Shown: positions 16,241 through 25,366, counted from the stretch's first letter. The stretch: 25,366 bases of DNA from a virus (IMGVR_UViG_3300026007_000006:1-25366), one strand, 5' to 3'. The notes: generated by a model not told the origin, from the sequence alone. Numbers and translations: made by a program.

Positions 16241-17554
16241 ATGTCACAGATTGTTAGCTCTTCAGGAGAATGGGACGCTGCATGGCCTTGGCCGCAGGTT
16301 AAGTTTCTGCAGCAATATGTTCTGGGATTTGCTCCTATAGTAAATGTCCTCTGGTTGTATGAGATGAAGATAACTGGAGACTCTTGGGAAGCTACTCCTA
16401 TCATGGCCATAGGAGATAAGAATTCTATTAGTGTAATCAATGTTGCAGATTTTGGAGCATTCTTTGCCTTATCTGTGTATGATGATACTAATGAATTGTT
16501 AACTTGTTGGATTCGTAATCCGAATATGATAGGGACTGTTGAAGGAGCTTATAGACCTTTACCTACAATTGAGGCACCTAATTTCATTGCTTCCTGTAAT
16601 TACAACGGACAATGTTTGATAGGCGGAATAGAAGGTGAGACCAGTATAAACCAGTGGCAAGGACTGAAGCATCATACAGTGGCTTGGTCTTCTATTGGGC
16701 ATTTCAGTTTCCGCATCCAAGATCAAGCAACTGCTGGTAATGCCCCTGTGCCATTTGGCCAAGCTGGAGTTACCAAGATTTGGAAAATTCTGCAGCTTGA
16801 TACTAATGCCATCGTCTATGCAAATGAAGGCACTGTGTTCATGACACCTATGTCTGCACCGGCTGTAGGATGGAGTGTAAATGAGAAGTTCACTGTGCCT
16901 GTGATACATCCTCAGTGTGTTGATGGAGGGAAACATCGTCATGCTATGATTGACAAGAACTATGAACTCTGGACAGTGACTTCTGAAGGGTGGAAGAAGT
17001 TAGGGTTTAAAGAGTTCCTGCAGCCGCTCTTTGGGCAACTTGTAAGAGTTGTGTATGAGCCTCAGCATGATCGGTTCTATATCTCCAACGGCTTGAAGAG
17101 TTATGTAGTAACTTCTGATGACAGACTCTATGAATGCCACCAGTGTGTGACCTCTATAGGATATCACAGAGGAGTTCTTTCAGGATTCTTTGTTGACACA
17201 GCGGACTATGAAGGCAGGTTCTTTACCAACACTACAGACTTTGCTGCTAGGGCTATTAAAGTAATTAGACTTCTCGAGGTTGGCTATCAAGGAAGTCAAA
17301 CTCCTAAAGGTATGGTCAAGTGGCGCAACACAAACGGAACTTTTTCAGACACTCCGTGGAAGACTCTGAATATGGAAGGAGTAGTTTTCCCTAACGTGTC
17401 TGGTATAGATTTTCTCATAGGTCTGAAAGTAGACGACTATAGAGTTGATGAATTCTCTGTCGACTATCTCCAGGCTAGACTCCAACTTTCTGACAAAAGA
17501 TTTATAAGAGGCTCTTATGCATTTGATCCGACTACTGGACGAGCAGGTAGCTAA
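16241..17554 (+). CDS. Putative tail nozzle / stabilisation protein (beta-propeller-like; P22 gp10/T7 gp12 position)
   Basis: Beta-rich, with VAWSSIG and VVYEPQHDRFYISN blade-like motifs; lies just before the ejection genes. Confidence 0.6.
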   Translation: MSQIVSSSGEWDAAWPWPQVKFLQQYVLGFAPIVNVLWLYEMKITGDSWEATPIMAIGDKNSISVINVADFGAFFALSVYDDTNELLTCWIRNPNMIGTVEGAYRPLPTIEAPNFIASCNYNGQCLIGGIEGETSINQWQGLKHHTVAWSSIGHFSFRIQDQATAGNAPVPFGQAGVTKIWKILQLDTNAIVYANEGTVFMTPMSAPAVGWSVNEKFTVPVIHPQCVDGGKHRHAMIDKNYELWTVTSEGWKKLGFKEFLQPLFGQLVRVVYEPQHDRFYISNGLKSYVVTSDDRLYECHQCVTSIGYHRGVLSGFFVDTADYEGRFFTNTTDFAARAIKVIRLLEVGYQGSQTPKGMVKWRNTNGTFSDTPWKTLNMEGVVFPNVSGIDFLIGLKVDDYRVDEFSVDYLQARLQLSDKRFIRGSYAFDPTTGRAGS

Positions 17555-17957
17555 CAACTGGGATGTGATCAAACTCGCTATTCGGCAATCTTTGCCTCCA
17601 GTAGCAGGAGAGAGTCCTGAGAAGATGAATAACATTCTTCAGGCAATTCTTCTTGGAGGCGTGCAAGTTTGGGCAACATCTCCAGATGTGGAAGTTTCTC
17701 AACTTAGGACTTTGACTGTTAGTTACATTATGACAGATCCGTTGAGCGGAGTTAAGAGTTTTCTACTCTATAGCTTCTACGGTTTTGTTCGTGTGACTGA
17801 AGAGGATATGCAAGTTGTATTTGAAGGTCTCTCTAAATACGCTAAAGCTAAACAGTGTAAGAGACTTGCTGCATATATCCAGAATCCTATAATGCTTCAA
17901 ATGGTCAGACGCTTTGGGGTGGACGAGAGTTGGACCTTTACAACTAAAGAATTATAA
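17517..17957 (+). CDS. Hypothetical protein, GNAT-like (P22 gp14/T7 gp13 position)
   Basis: 146 aa; KYAKAKQCKRLAAY...MVRRFG resembles a GNAT C-terminal motif; located between nozzle and ejection genes. Confidence 0.5.
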   Translation: MHLIRLLDEQVANNWDVIKLAIRQSLPPVAGESPEKMNNILQAILLGGVQVWATSPDVEVSQLRTLTVSYIMTDPLSGVKSFLLYSFYGFVRVTEEDMQVVFEGLSKYAKAKQCKRLAAYIQNPIMLQMVRRFGVDESWTFTTKEL

Positions 17958-17958
17958 C

Positions 17959-17981
17959 CTGTGTTTAAATTTTAAACGAAG
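17959..17981. repeat. Dispersed palindrome copy 5 (CTG-TGTTTAAA-T-TTTAAACG-AAG)
   Basis: Core 17962-17978 with one mismatch; starts 1 nt after a stop codon and abuts SD AAGGGG. Confidence 0.85.
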
Positions 17982-17990
17982 GGGATCAAT

Positions 17991-18923
17991 ATGAGCTATG
18001 ACGAGTTTAGACTTGCAGATCAACTGCAAGAAGACTTAGGTCTGACGGTCTGCTGTAAGGGAAGTGGAGGTTCTTCTGGTGCTGTGGATTATCCTCAGTA
18101 TATGAAGGACACTCATGAAGCTTGGTTAGGGGAGATGGATAGTTATATTCAGGCAGCATCCTCTCCCTATACGCTTCAGGCCGCTTATGATCCTGATGCA
18201 GATATCGATAGTATGGTAGCGGCCTTGGCTGTATTCGGGACTGCTGTTACTGCCCTATCTTATCAGGCAAATTGGGAATCCGCAATGAATGCGGCAGTTG
18301 TGCAAGTAGATAATGTTATCGACTCTGCATATATTGATGCTGCAGTTGCAGCACACTCTGCCAGTCTTGACGATGATATTAATGACTCTGTATTGCCGCA
18401 GTTTCAGGCAGGCATGAGAGACATTAACGCAGTGGTTAACTCTGCTTTTGTAATGGGAGAAGCTCGTATATGGGCCAGGAAGGAAGTAGAGCTTAGTAAG
18501 TACGGCGCTGCGTTACGTCTTGAGTTGCATAAACATAGAAATGAAATGGTGCTAAAAGGAACTCAAAGTATTATTGATAACCAGCACTTCATGATCCAGA
18601 TGAGTAATACTTTGGCGACTCTTACTATAGATATGTACAAGCTTAAGATTGTAGCCAAGAAAGAGCAGATAGACGGAGATAATGAACTGGAGAAGCTTGA
18701 CGCTCTTTGGCCTTTGGAAAAGTATCAACATGGCGCTAACCTCCTTGCAGGTATTGGAGGAGGGACTCATTCTACAACAGGGGATAAACCTTCTAAAGTT
18801 CAATCAGTTCTTGGTGGGGCTCTTAGTGGAGCAGCCACGGGAGCTATGATCGGGGCCGCTGGTGGCCCTATTGGTTGGGCTGGAGGAGCAATTCTTGGCG
18901 GATTAGGTGGTCTCTTATCATAA
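17991..18923 (+). CDS. Internal virion / DNA ejection protein (P22 gp7-like position)
   Basis: KGSGGSSG near the N-terminus, Ala-rich helices, and a C-terminal glycine-zipper hydrophobic tail GGALSGAATGAMIGAAGGPIGWAGGAILGGLGGLL. Confidence 0.65.
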   Translation: MSYDEFRLADQLQEDLGLTVCCKGSGGSSGAVDYPQYMKDTHEAWLGEMDSYIQAASSPYTLQAAYDPDADIDSMVAALAVFGTAVTALSYQANWESAMNAAVVQVDNVIDSAYIDAAVAAHSASLDDDINDSVLPQFQAGMRDINAVVNSAFVMGEARIWARKEVELSKYGAALRLELHKHRNEMVLKGTQSIIDNQHFMIQMSNTLATLTIDMYKLKIVAKKEQIDGDNELEKLDALWPLEKYQHGANLLAGIGGGTHSTTGDKPSKVQSVLGGALSGAATGAMIGAAGGPIGWAGGAILGGLGGLLS

Positions 18924-18937
18924 GAAAGGAGTAAGTA

Positions 18938-20179
18938 ATGTCTAGTATCTTTGACATGCTCGCTGGTGGAGTGAGCAAAGTTGGCAATTTTGCAACCGAG
19001 AAGCCTGAGCAGTTTGCTGCGATTGCAGACATGATTGGGAAGAATCTCGATCCTAACAACCCTTTTGCAGGGGTGGGATCCACTATTGCTCAATCCTCAT
19101 TGGCGAACAAAGCTGCCAATAAGCAAGAGGATGAACGCAAGAAGTTGATGACATCTTTGTTTAGCTTGTTAGGTGGGCAACAACCGGCTCAGGCTCCTGC
19201 AGGAGTTCCAGGATCAGGAAATCCTGAGCAACCGGCACAGCAGACACCGTTTGGAGGGTTGAATCTAACGCTGCCAAACGAAGCTGGGCCTACCAGTGTT
19301 ACACACAAGATGGGGCCTGATGGTACTGTAACTTCGAACACTGTTTCTAATGTCTCTGGGACTCCCAAGCCTGGGCAAAACAGTGTTAACCTGACAGATA
19401 TTCTCCCTCTTTCCCTAGCCCTGCAAGGTACCCCGCCGGTCGATCTTACAGGGCTGACTCCTGAGCAGATAGCTACTATCTCTCAGAATGACTTGGCATT
19501 AGGACAGTTGGGTAATCAGACTTTGGATGTTGTGTCTGGAGCTAATTACAAAAGAGCGGCGTCTGGTACTGCAAGAGTAAACGCGGATACGGCAAGAGCG
19601 AATGCTCTAGCGGCTTTGAACAAAGAGCGTCGAGCTAATAGGATGGAACCTCTGGATATTGCTAAGACTGAAGCAACCACTGAGCACTTGAAAGCTCAGG
19701 CGGCTGATCTGAGATTGAAGAAGGCTACGACGGAGGAACAGAGAGGTATTCTCAGAGAGTTGCCAGAAGGTACTAAGCTTTCAGACCTGAGTTTTGATAA
19801 GGCTTATAAACTTTTCGGTCCGGTCCAGATGGAGAATTTTATCTCTAAAAACATTACCGAGAGTCGTCTGACTGAGATTCAGAAAGATGAGCAGTTTGCC
19901 AGATATACTAAGGCTCTTTCCAACTTTGGTAAGGATGAACAGACTGCTGCTGATGTAGTGGATGTCAATAAATACTCTCCAGACAATCAGAACTTTGGCT
20001 TCATCTGGGATGACGGCTCAGGATTTTTCAATGCAAAGGACGCTATCCGCGTGGAGTTTACCGGAGATTATCAAGGATTTACTATGGAGGATGTTCGGGC
20101 TACTGCTAAGGATGAGAAGCGTAGTGTTGAGGACATTCTTCTTCAGATCGCCAACGACACAGATCAAGGAGTGGACTAA
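18938..20179 (+). CDS. Internal virion / ejection protein (P22 gp20-like position)
   Basis: 413 aa, Gln/Pro/Ala-rich with coiled coils; SD AAGGAG. Confidence 0.55.
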   Translation: MSSIFDMLAGGVSKVGNFATEKPEQFAAIADMIGKNLDPNNPFAGVGSTIAQSSLANKAANKQEDERKKLMTSLFSLLGGQQPAQAPAGVPGSGNPEQPAQQTPFGGLNLTLPNEAGPTSVTHKMGPDGTVTSNTVSNVSGTPKPGQNSVNLTDILPLSLALQGTPPVDLTGLTPEQIATISQNDLALGQLGNQTLDVVSGANYKRAASGTARVNADTARANALAALNKERRANRMEPLDIAKTEATTEHLKAQAADLRLKKATTEEQRGILRELPEGTKLSDLSFDKAYKLFGPVQMENFISKNITESRLTEIQKDEQFARYTKALSNFGKDEQTAADVVDVNKYSPDNQNFGFIWDDGSGFFNAKDAIRVEFTGDYQGFTMEDVRATAKDEKRSVEDILLQIANDTDQGVD

Positions 20180-23100
20180 TGGCAAGAAATATCTTTACGG
20201 GGCAGGAGATAGATTCCTCACAGCCTAAAGATACTTTAGGGGTTAACGATGCAGGGCAGAGTCTTTCAGAAGCTTTAGCTACTCCTAAGGCTGCTCCAGT
20301 GGAAAAGCCTTCTGGTGTGCAAAACTTTTTGGATAGTACTGATAATGTTTTAGATTATACTGGTGCCCCTATGGGGGCTATCAGTAATTTGTTGCTTCCT
20401 TTGTTCACCGCGCCTGCTGCAGGTGTGGCAGGACTAGGCTCATTAGCTGCTCCTGTACCTGAGGATGCCCCAGAAGATGCTCGCTATAATAGAGCAAAAC
20501 AAATCTCTGAAGCAATTCTTCAATTGGGGCAGAACACTACTCCTCAAGTTCAGGCTCTTACTCAACCTGTTCAGGAATTTTTGCAGAAAACTCTCGGTAA
20601 ATTTGCAGAGGGTGTTGGGGATAGGTATTTAAATTACCTGCAGGAGCCTCTCACTATTAAATCTGGAGACAGAGAATACTCTGTCGGTCCTGTGCCGCCA
20701 GAGATAGCCGCTGGTGCTGCGTCTGTTGCGCATTCTGCTACGGAATTTGGAGGCTTTGTTGAAGGCGCTAGTGTGCTTGGAAGAATTAAGCACTCTATCC
20801 GAGGAAAGAAGATTAGTACTTTTACTAAAGATAGCGCCAAAGCTGCTGAAGTTTCCAATTTTAGTTCTGACTTTCAAGCTGCTCTTAATGCTAATCCAGA
20901 CTTATCTGTCGGGCAGTTTATTCGTAAGTATCCTCAGTTTAAAGAGGAAGCTTTTCAGTATTTCGTTGATCCTAAGTCTACTCAATCAGCTTCACCAGAA
21001 CCTGATGCTGCTGAAACTGTTGGCAAATCCGATTTTGCTAAGGTAGCAGATGAGTTTGATGGCTATGAGAATATCCCAGAGAATCATCCAATCTTTAAGT
21101 CTATGACTTCTGAGGAACTCCTTCAGGCTGTAAACGAATACGATAATGTTATTACTCCAGAGCCTGCTAAGGAGTCTCCTCCTAAGTCTAATGAGCCAAG
21201 AGCTAAAACTTTCAAAGGACGTGTAGAACAGAAGGTTAAGGAACTTGGTTCCCTCAAAGCTGTGGAGGAACACTATGCTGGTACGAAGGCAGAAGGGTTG
21301 GCAAAGAGTATCGCTAACAAACTTTACGGAGGACCTGAGGCAACTACTGAGGTACCTATCGGAGAGGAACCCCCAGCAGAAGCAACTCCTCCTGAGGCGA
21401 CACCAGAGAAAGGTGCGAATCAAGAAGATACTGCGAGAGTTCAGGAGAAAGAGATTACAGAGTCGGTTGAAGAGCCTGTAGTTGAAAACGCTTCTGGGGA
21501 GTCTGCAGCTTCTCTTGAAGCTTTGAGTGTTGAGAAGTCTAGAAAGACTCAGGGGATTAAGCACTATGTGCTGGACTCCAGGAATCCTCAGACAAGCTTG
21601 CGTCCTGCTATAGGGCCAAGACCTGAAGATAATCCTCTTAACGCTTATGATGTATTAGTACAGGAAAAAGATGGCTCTGTTCAGATAGTTAATAAAGGAG
21701 ATAAGGCTAAGTCTGTTGATGTTTCAGCTATTGATTTTCCAGTAGAGGCTAAGCCTAAGAAGTCTCTTAGTGAGGTTTTGAGAAAAAAGATAGCGAACCG
21801 AGAGCTAAAACTTAGACCTGCTTCTGAGATTAGAGGAGCAGTACCTAAGGAGCCAGTAGTAGAGGACATTTCTGGATATGACTCTGTTGAGGCTGCCGAA
21901 GAAGATTTTACTCTTCAGGCTAAAACTTATCCCTCTGAAGCTGAGGCACAGAAACAAGCTGAATCTCTTGGCGAAGGCTGGGAAGTTGTCAAGATCGGTG
22001 ATGAATATAAAGTAGGTCAAGACTTGCTGTTTGATCCTACTGAGTATGACACAGAGGCTATTGCCAAAGCTGCGGAATCTCCTGTGGTGGAGGAAGCTGC
22101 TCCTGTACAGAAGAGAGAGGTTATCAAAGTAGAGTCCTTCACCAAGGCTGGCGATATCTATATAGGTTCAGTAGATAATAGCCGCTCAGTGGCTATTGTT
22201 AAGAATGGGCCTAAAGATTATGAAGCCTTTCTTGGTACTGCTGAGGAGATTCAAGCAGGCACGGCTGAACCAGTAGGACAGTTTACCTCTTTGCCTAAAG
22301 CTAAGAAGGCCTTTGGCTCTAAAGAAGGTAAGGAAATTACGATTAAAGAAAAGCTTGATCCAGATGAGATCATCTCTTATTTACGGGACCAAGTCGAAAC
22401 ATATAAAGCTGCAGAAACTCCTAAAGATGAATTAGCTCGATTGATGCAAGAACAAGAAGATGACCTTCTTGGTGAAGAGAATATCGTATCTTGGGAAGAA
22501 CTCGCAGAAGAGGAAGCTGTAGAAGAGTATGACGAAGATAACTATTATAGCTCTCGAGATATAGGAGATGTTGCTAGCGATCTTCTCACGCTGTTTGGGG
22601 ATGATAGAGGAGCAATCAATCCTAGAACAAACCCAGAAATTCTTGCCGCAAAGAAACGTCTTAAGAATGATGTGCGGAATCTTAGAAAAATCTCTACAAA
22701 GCTCAAAGGTAAATTAAAGCCTGAGATGGAAATAGAGCCTCCTGAAACTGAGTCTCTTTGGAGTTTGTTTAAAAGAGTACTTAATAATGAGAGAGGATAT
22801 ATATCTGGAGAACGTAGCCCTTTTGCTAATGCAGTTAAAGAACTCTTTGAGGCTATTAAGAGGGCGTATAAAGGGTTGAAGAAGGCGGCTAAAGCTGCCA
22901 AAGATTGGTCACTCTCAGATAGACGCTCTTCTCCTTATGGCCAATACAAGTCTAGTGAACGTGAGTATATGCTTGGAGAAGCGGTTGATACCACTAGCAA
23001 GTTAGTCAAAGCTTTTAAGACTGACTCTAGTAAGGCCGTCAGAGATCTTGTAGCTTCTATGGAAGCTGATAGGAGAATTGTCCCTACACATGACTTGACT

Positions 23101-25089
23101 AATCCTAATCCACCTATACGCCAAGAGCCGCAGGTTCCTAAGGTTGCTCCACAGCTTAAGCCTAAGGTAGAGAAAATAGCCCCGCATCTTTTGGGCAAGC
23201 TGCAGAGTCCTTCTCATATCTTAGGTAGGCTGTTTGATCTTGAGAACAATCCTGTGACAGATGTTATGGAATCCTCTATGGCTTTCATCAACAACTGGCA
23301 CAACTCTGAGAGATGGGCAACAGGGGTTCTTAAAGGTGTGCCGGATTCTACTCTCGATTTACGCAAAGAGCTTGATGATCTCTATGCTGAAGTCAAACCT
23401 TTGGTGCAAGCTAAAGCTCGAGGAGATAGAAGGATTGCCAACCTTCGTCAAGCTGCTGCTAATACTCAAGACGAAGCTAAACGTAGGGATCTTGAGATTC
23501 AGATTATGGTTGAAGAGAAGAAACAAATTCGTAGATCGAAGAAGATTCAGGATGAGTTATTTGCTCGGTATGATTCTCAGGTTAAAGGTCTAGCTGAGAA
23601 ACATTCCGATGTGAGGATCATTCTGCAAGCTGCAGAAGAGTTACCCGAAGGCATTACGCTCACCCCTAAGGAACTCAAAGCTGCAAAATATATCAGGAAG
23701 TTTTTAGACACTACTCGAGATAAACTAGAGAGTGTCGGCATACCGGTTATCAAAGACCGGACATATATGCACAGGATGATTCCTGACGTGTTGAATGATC
23801 CAGATGCTCAGGGCTTTCTGGCGGATCAAAAAGTTCCAGTCATCCTCAAATTCCTTCATCAGAATCAGGAAGGAAGACTTTGGTATCCTAGTGCTCATAT
23901 GATCTTGAAACATTACATTCCTATGGTCGAGCGCAAGATTGCTTTCCAGCCTTTCTTGAATCGTTGGAGAGTTGCAATAGATGAACTGCCGCCTGACATT
24001 AGTGATTATATGAACAGATGGGTAGAGGCAAACTTGCTGGCTAAACCTAGAGATGTGTGGCAAAGGGCGCTGGATAAAGTTGTAGCCTTTCAGTATGTGC
24101 GCTTAATAGGTGGTAGTCTTTCTGTGGCATTTAAGCATTTGACTAAGATAGCTGATACATTTTCGCGGTTTGATTCTATTACCAATGTTAAGGCTGTTAA
24201 TGCCACCCTTAAAGCTATCGGACAGGCCGCAGCAGAAAAGGTTGGGGTTAAAGGTAACGATAATGCTGAGAGAAAGTTGATGCGAGCTTTTGTCAACTCC
24301 AGAGCTATGGTTCGTCTTATGGACGAGAGCCCTGGTGTCGGAGTTCTAGCGCAAAAGTTTAAGTATCTAATTTCAGCTCCGACAATGGCTGTTGAGACTT
24401 TCGATAATGGGGTAAGTATACTAGCTACTACGATTGCCGCAGCGTCTAGTGGCCGACTTACACCACAGCAGACTTCTAGAATCATCTGGGAAACTGTCCT
24501 TACAGCTAACTTTAGAGGCGGCTGGGACCAGCCTTTGTTTTATAAGAGAGTTATTGGCCGTATATTAGGTATGTTCCAGATGACGCCATTTAAGCTATTT
24601 GAGTATCGTGCAGAGCTGGCTCAAAAAGCTTTACGTGGTGAGGTAGACCATTTTGGAACCAAGTATTCTACCATGCTATTGAGATATATATTCTTAATGG
24701 GAATGGCAGAAACTATTTCTAGATTCTTTGGTAACTCTTTGATAGACCAAATAGCTCACTTCCCTTACGTGAGTCATATTCTTAAAGGAAAGAAAGATGC
24801 ACCCTTCTACGAACTCCATGAACCCACTCTCAGCACTAGCCCAATGCTTGAGTGGGCTACCCAAATGGGGGATAAAGGAATCTATAGCGGCACCAAGGAG
24901 CATCTCCAGTATTGGGGCCAATTTTCTAAAACATACCAGATGTTTCATAACAACTATCCTACATCCTATTATCAAAGCCCGCTGTCTCACATGCTAGGGA
25001 TTCAAAAACTGGATGCGGGTAAAGGGAAAAAGTCTAAGAATAGTGGTAGAGGCGGTAGAGGTAGTAGAGGTAGTAGAGGTAGTAGGTAG
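20179..25089 (+). CDS. Large internal virion / ejection protein (P22 gp16/T7 gp16-like position)
   Basis: 1636 aa; TAATG coupling; Glu/Pro-rich low-complexity middle and helical C-terminal half; last gene of the operon. Confidence 0.6.
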   Translation: MARNIFTGQEIDSSQPKDTLGVNDAGQSLSEALATPKAAPVEKPSGVQNFLDSTDNVLDYTGAPMGAISNLLLPLFTAPAAGVAGLGSLAAPVPEDAPEDARYNRAKQISEAILQLGQNTTPQVQALTQPVQEFLQKTLGKFAEGVGDRYLNYLQEPLTIKSGDREYSVGPVPPEIAAGAASVAHSATEFGGFVEGASVLGRIKHSIRGKKISTFTKDSAKAAEVSNFSSDFQAALNANPDLSVGQFIRKYPQFKEEAFQYFVDPKSTQSASPEPDAAETVGKSDFAKVADEFDGYENIPENHPIFKSMTSEELLQAVNEYDNVITPEPAKESPPKSNEPRAKTFKGRVEQKVKELGSLKAVEEHYAGTKAEGLAKSIANKLYGGPEATTEVPIGEEPPAEATPPEATPEKGANQEDTARVQEKEITESVEEPVVENASGESAASLEALSVEKSRKTQGIKHYVLDSRNPQTSLRPAIGPRPEDNPLNAYDVLVQEKDGSVQIVNKGDKAKSVDVSAIDFPVEAKPKKSLSEVLRKKIANRELKLRPASEIRGAVPKEPVVEDISGYDSVEAAEEDFTLQAKTYPSEAEAQKQAESLGEGWEVVKIGDEYKVGQDLLFDPTEYDTEAIAKAAESPVVEEAAPVQKREVIKVESFTKAGDIYIGSVDNSRSVAIVKNGPKDYEAFLGTAEEIQAGTAEPVGQFTSLPKAKKAFGSKEGKEITIKEKLDPDEIISYLRDQVETYKAAETPKDELARLMQEQEDDLLGEENIVSWEELAEEEAVEEYDEDNYYSSRDIGDVASDLLTLFGDDRGAINPRTNPEILAAKKRLKNDVRNLRKISTKLKGKLKPEMEIEPPETESLWSLFKRVLNNERGYISGERSPFANAVKELFEAIKRAYKGLKKAAKAAKDWSLSDRRSSPYGQYKSSEREYMLGEAVDTTSKLVKAFKTDSSKAVRDLVASMEADRRIVPTHDLTNPNPPIRQEPQVPKVAPQLKPKVEKIAPHLLGKLQSPSHILGRLFDLENNPVTDVMESSMAFINNWHNSERWATGVLKGVPDSTLDLRKELDDLYAEVKPLVQAKARGDRRIANLRQAAANTQDEAKRRDLEIQIMVEEKKQIRRSKKIQDELFARYDSQVKGLAEKHSDVRIILQAAEELPEGITLTPKELKAAKYIRKFLDTTRDKLESVGIPVIKDRTYMHRMIPDVLNDPDAQGFLADQKVPVILKFLHQNQEGRLWYPSAHMILKHYIPMVERKIAFQPFLNRWRVAIDELPPDISDYMNRWVEANLLAKPRDVWQRALDKVVAFQYVRLIGGSLSVAFKHLTKIADTFSRFDSITNVKAVNATLKAIGQAAAEKVGVKGNDNAERKLMRAFVNSRAMVRLMDESPGVGVLAQKFKYLISAPTMAVETFDNGVSILATTIAAASSGRLTPQQTSRIIWETVLTANFRGGWDQPLFYKRVIGRILGMFQMTPFKLFEYRAELAQKALRGEVDHFGTKYSTMLLRYIFLMGMAETISRFFGNSLIDQIAHFPYVSHILKGKKDAPFYELHEPTLSTSPMLEWATQMGDKGIYSGTKEHLQYWGQFSKTYQMFHNNYPTSYYQSPLSHMLGIQKLDAGKGKKSKNSGRGGRGSRGSRGSR
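25045..25086 (+). repeat. 9-bp tandem repeat encoding an RG/RGS tail
   Basis: GGTAGAGGCGGTAGAGGTAGTAGAGGTAGTAGAGGTAGTAGG encodes GRGGRGSRGSRGSR. Confidence 0.8.
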
Positions 25090-25091
25090 TT

Positions 25092-25136
25092 AAAAATAGC
25101 CCCCAACCAATCAAGGAAGGGGGCTTTCCTTTGTTT
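25092..25136. terminator. Probable bidirectional intrinsic terminator between convergent operons
   Basis: Stem AGCCCCC 25098-25104 / GGGGGCT 25119-25125, with an A-run before and a T-rich tract after; the loop is long (14 nt). Confidence 0.6.
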
Positions 25137-25151
25137 AAAATTTAAACACAG
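25129..25151. repeat. Dispersed palindrome copy 6 (CTT-TGTTTAAA-A-TTTAAACA-CAG)
   Basis: Core 25132-25148, between the terminator and the stop of the convergent gene. Confidence 0.9.
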
Positions 25152-25157
25152 GGGATG

Positions 25158-25366
25158 TTATTCATCCTGACCGCCATCCTTCTTGTTCCCCGGAGTCAAG
25201 CTTGCTAAAACTTGCGCAGCAGTTTTGGGCGCACCTTCGACTTTGGAAGGATTAGGTACAGGCTCTTTAGCCTCTTGAGCATCCTCATCCTCATCCTCTT
25301 GAGCCATCTCAAGACTTTCATACAGAGATTCAAAAGAAGTCTTTGCCATCACAGCAATATCGTTAG
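25158..25366 (-). CDS. Hypothetical protein, C-terminal part (N-terminus outside the window)
   Basis: The frame stays open to the window edge (...NDIAVMAKTSFESLYESLEMAQEDEDEDAQ...GGQDE*); acidic tail. Confidence 0.6.
   Translation of the reverse strand, partial: NDIAVMAKTSFESLYESLEMAQEDEDEDAQEAKEPVPNPSKVEGAPKTAAQVLASLTPGNKKDGGQDE

Noticed and set aside
774-25151. Palindrome family as CRISPR repeats, IS ends, dif or protelomerase sites
   Set aside because: Copies are kilobases apart with no spacer array, cas gene or transposase. The 1-bp centre does not fit the 11-6-11 dif layout, and six short copies do not fit a single telomere-resolution site.

Overview
This window holds the virion morphogenesis and lysis arm of an uncharacterised podovirus-like tailed phage, probably of a Gram-negative host (it encodes a lipoprotein and holin-like genes). 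From left to right: a truncated leftward gene (<1..299), then a divergent control region with two sigma70-type promoters, a structured leader with a boxA-like site, and a perfect bacterial chromosomal parS palindrome (TGTTCCACGTGGAACA, 423-438). One long rightward operon follows: HTH/terminase small subunit-like gene, M15-type endolysin, fibre/lectin-like genes, holin, lipoprotein and membrane genes, TerL, a tail-collar gene, portal, scaffold, major capsid, adaptor, tailspike, nozzle, and a P22 gp14/gp7/gp20/gp16-like ejection block. It ends at a terminator facing a convergent truncated gene. There are three main surprises. (1) Six copies of an unexplained palindrome, CT-N-TGTTTAAA-W-TTTAAACA-N-AG, lie at gene junctions, mostly 5-7 kb apart. 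(2) A phage carries a host-type parS site. (3) Two receptor-binding-like proteins both begin with near-identically built 19-aa Sec-type signal peptides. All product calls come from visual motif and synteny recognition; no database searches were run.
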